Assembly (NCBI GenBank): GCA_963921275.4
Contig: OZ001293.3
Span: 384,001-448,000 of the forward strand
Source: an uncultured Hormoscilla sp.
GTDB lineage: Bacteria; Cyanobacteriota; Cyanobacteriia; Cyanobacteriales; Desertifilaceae
DNA: 64,000 nt
Direction: 5' to 3'
Positions within the stretch are counted from its first letter, which is position 1. Each line of letters opens with the position of its first letter. Made by a program: the position numbers and the translations under genes. The notes beneath the pieces are model-generated. The model made no database searches and was not told where the DNA came from. It was given only the letters and a program-made list of their open reading frames with translations. Below, piece after piece: positions 61,651 through 64,000 of this stretch.

Positions 61651-62730
61651 TTAGACTGCAACAGGAGTCTTCGTCACAGCAGTCAGTTCGCCCTGAGCAT
61701 ACTTAGCAGCAAAATCATCGAGACTTACCTGCTTGATCTTGCTAGCATTACCGGTGGTCCAGAACTGCTGATAACGATCCAAACACACCTGCTTCATGTA
61801 CTTGATGGAAGGCTTCAGGAAGTGACGAGGATCGAAGTTAGAAGGATCCTTGGCCGCAGCTTCGCGAATAGCAGCAGTAATAGCCAAACGGTTGTCCGTA
61901 TCGATGTTCACCTTGCGGACACCACTCTTAATGCCCTTTTGAATTTCCTCAACCGGTACGCCGTAGGTTTCGGGAATGTTACCGCCGTACTGGTTGATAA
62001 TTGCGATCAGGTCTTCTGGTACAGAGGAAGAACCATGCATCACCAAGTGGGTATTAGGTAAACGCTTGTGAATTTCTTCAATGCGGCTGATGGCCAGAAT
62101 TTCACCAGTCGGCTTGCGGGTGAACTTGTAAGCGCCGTGACTGGTCCCGATCGCCACAGCCAGGGCATCCACTTGGGTCTGTTCCACAAATTGCACAGCT
62201 TCGTCTGGATCTGTCAACAACTGATCGTGACTGAGTTTCCCTTCTGCGCCGTGACCATCTTCCTTGTCACCCATACCAGTTTCCAGAGAACCCAAACAAC
62301 CCAGTTCCCCTTCCACGCTGACACCGATCGAGTGAGCCACTTTCACCACTTCAGCAGTGACATTCACATTGTACTCAAAGCTCGCAGGCGTCTTCGCATC
62401 GGCTTCCAGAGAGCCATCCATCATGACGCTGGTGAAACCGTGGCGCATGGCCGAGTAGCAAGTGGATGGTGCATTACCATGATCTTGGTGCATAGCAATG
62501 GGAATATGGGGGTAGGATTCCACCGCTGCTGTAATCAGGTGCCGGAGGAAGTTTTCACCTGCATATTTGCGGGCTCCCCGAGAAGCTTGTAGAATCACTG
62601 GACTATCAGCTTCATCCGCAGCCTGCATGATGGAGATAATCTGCTCCATGTTGTTCACGTTGTAGGCTGGAATGCCGTAACTGTTTTCAGCTGCGTGATC
62701 CAGCAGCAGACGCATTGGTACCAGTGCCAT
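61651..62730 (-). CDS. fba: Fructose-bisphosphate aldolase class II
   Basis: [33 protein letters not shown]. Confidence 0.97.
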   Translation of the reverse strand: MALVPMRLLLDHAAENSYGIPAYNVNNMEQIISIMQAADEADSPVILQASRGARKYAGENFLRHLITAAVESYPHIPIAMHQDHGNAPSTCYSAMRHGFTSVMMDGSLEADAKTPASFEYNVNVTAEVVKVAHSIGVSVEGELGCLGSLETGMGDKEDGHGAEGKLSHDQLLTDPDEAVQFVEQTQVDALAVAIGTSHGAYKFTRKPTGEILAISRIEEIHKRLPNTHLVMHGSSSVPEDLIAIINQYGGNIPETYGVPVEEIQKGIKSGVRKVNIDTDNRLAITAAIREAAAKDPSNFDPRHFLKPSIKYMKQVCLDRYQQFWTTGNASKIKQVSLDDFAAKYAQGELTAVTKTPVAV

Positions 62731-63640
62731 GTAATCGTCCTCCTAACGAAAGTTGTCGCGTCGTCTCTGATATACAAGTTGAATCCTTATAACAATCTTA
62801 AGATATTTTGTTGCTTTTGCCAAAAAATTTTTTTCTCTTGTATTATTTATCCTGTTTATCCTGTTTATCCAGCATCCCATAGCAGGCTAGGATCCCCATC
62901 GGGCAAAGCTTCTGAACTTTTTCGGGACCCCCAATATTTAAACGAAGAGGGCAAGTAGTCCCACTTACCACCCCTCAGTTAGAGAGCGAGCCCATAGAGG
63001 GGGGACCGGTAGTCCATGACGAATCCCTCGAATAATAAAACGAAGTCCAGTGGTAAACAAGGAACACTCTTGACGGAAGCGTATGATGCTCCCCTTTGGC
63101 AAAGGCGTCTCATCACTCATACCGGCAGATGTTGACCAATACATAGCTAGAGCCATAACCTTGCATCAAACGTTCAATAGGATCTGCATGTTCTTTTTGG
63201 GTCTGGAGTAATACCAAAACCTCGGGATTTTCAATCAGAAAACATGGCTTCAATCGGCCAACGCATTCCCTAATCGAGAGTTTTGTATTCAGAGGCGGGG
63301 CAATCCATCGCGGTAGAGCGGTAGGTTCATCATAGCCAGGGTCTTGAAGGATGCCAATATTGGTTTTCACCTCTGTGGCGTTAAAGCAAGCTCCGTTCAG
63401 GACTTTTACTCCCAAGGGAGATATCTCTGCTCCTTGCTCTTGTCCGGTGGTGACATGGCTGCGCTCCCGCAAGGGATACGGCACACAGGAGACATCCCTG
63501 GGGCATCTCTAACCGTAATTTCTCCCCCCCTGCCCTGGTGGAGCGAAAATTAAGTTACCCTTCAAAGGAATACGGTAGCTCCAAGCCATGGTTTTGACAC
63601 CATTCCACCAATGATGAAGTGCCATAGAACCGGTCAGCCA

Positions 63641-63900
63641 TCAACAATATGGAAACTCGGAAGGCAATCGGAACCTATACTTTTGAGAGTAATTGCCAAT
63701 GCTGCTGAAAACCCTATAGCTCCCGAAGGTTTCTTTAACAAGCCAGAGCAATGGTAAAGCTCTTTTGCCCATACTTATACTCACCATCAACATTTTTCTG
63801 GCCATTTCCCACCTTGCGCAAGGTCTAACATCAGTATTAACTGTTCTCCACAAGCAGTCATTCACACAACTGGAGTCCTTCTGAAGCCATTACCGCAGGG
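63641..63900 (-). pseudogene. IS4-family transposase fragment
   Basis: LMVSISMGKRALPLLW resembles cyanobacterial IS4 transposases. Confidence 0.5.
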
Positions 63901-64000
63901 TAACGCAGCCATAGCAATCTCGAACTACTTATATACTACCAGTAGCGTAGGGGTGGGCAGTGCCCACCCTACTATAGCTACATTATAACGAGTCTAAATC

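Noticed and set aside
61522..62592. Long + strand ORFs opposite fba (likewise opposite pgk, chlD, prfB)
   Set aside because: Antisense shadows of conserved genes
62965..63484. Possible fragmented gene
   Set aside because: Looks coding but no recognisable motif; cannot be assigned without a search

Overview
Chromosomal window from a HIP1 (GCGATCGC)-rich cyanobacterium, probably filamentous (inference). Intact housekeeping genes (pepP, trpG, ybeY-dgkA, prfB with its +1 frameshift, chlD, pgk, ylqF, panD, fba) are mixed with many frameshifted signalling, ATPase and PhoX pseudogenes and a heavy mobile-element load. Nine group II introns cover about 10.8 kb (about 17% of the window), and none encodes an intact RT. 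Main observations: (1) Two inverted copies of one RT intron (18444-21677 +, 53963-56360 -) have swapped flanks. A GIY-YIG gene and its own intron are therefore split inside domain IV into two halves 34 kb apart on opposite strands, which points to an intron-mediated inversion (or a mis-join) with trans-splicing-like architecture. (2) An IS621-like IS110 element has readable bridge-RNA target guides matching its own insertion site, and the bridge RNA is bracketed by two ORF-less group II introns. (3) There is a twintron. (4) An IsrB-type deletion derivative sits exactly in front of a TTGA motif that held the host stop codon. (5) Several families of 24-52 bp mini mobile elements occur, many inserted in frame. 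All calls were made by eye; no database searches or folding were run.
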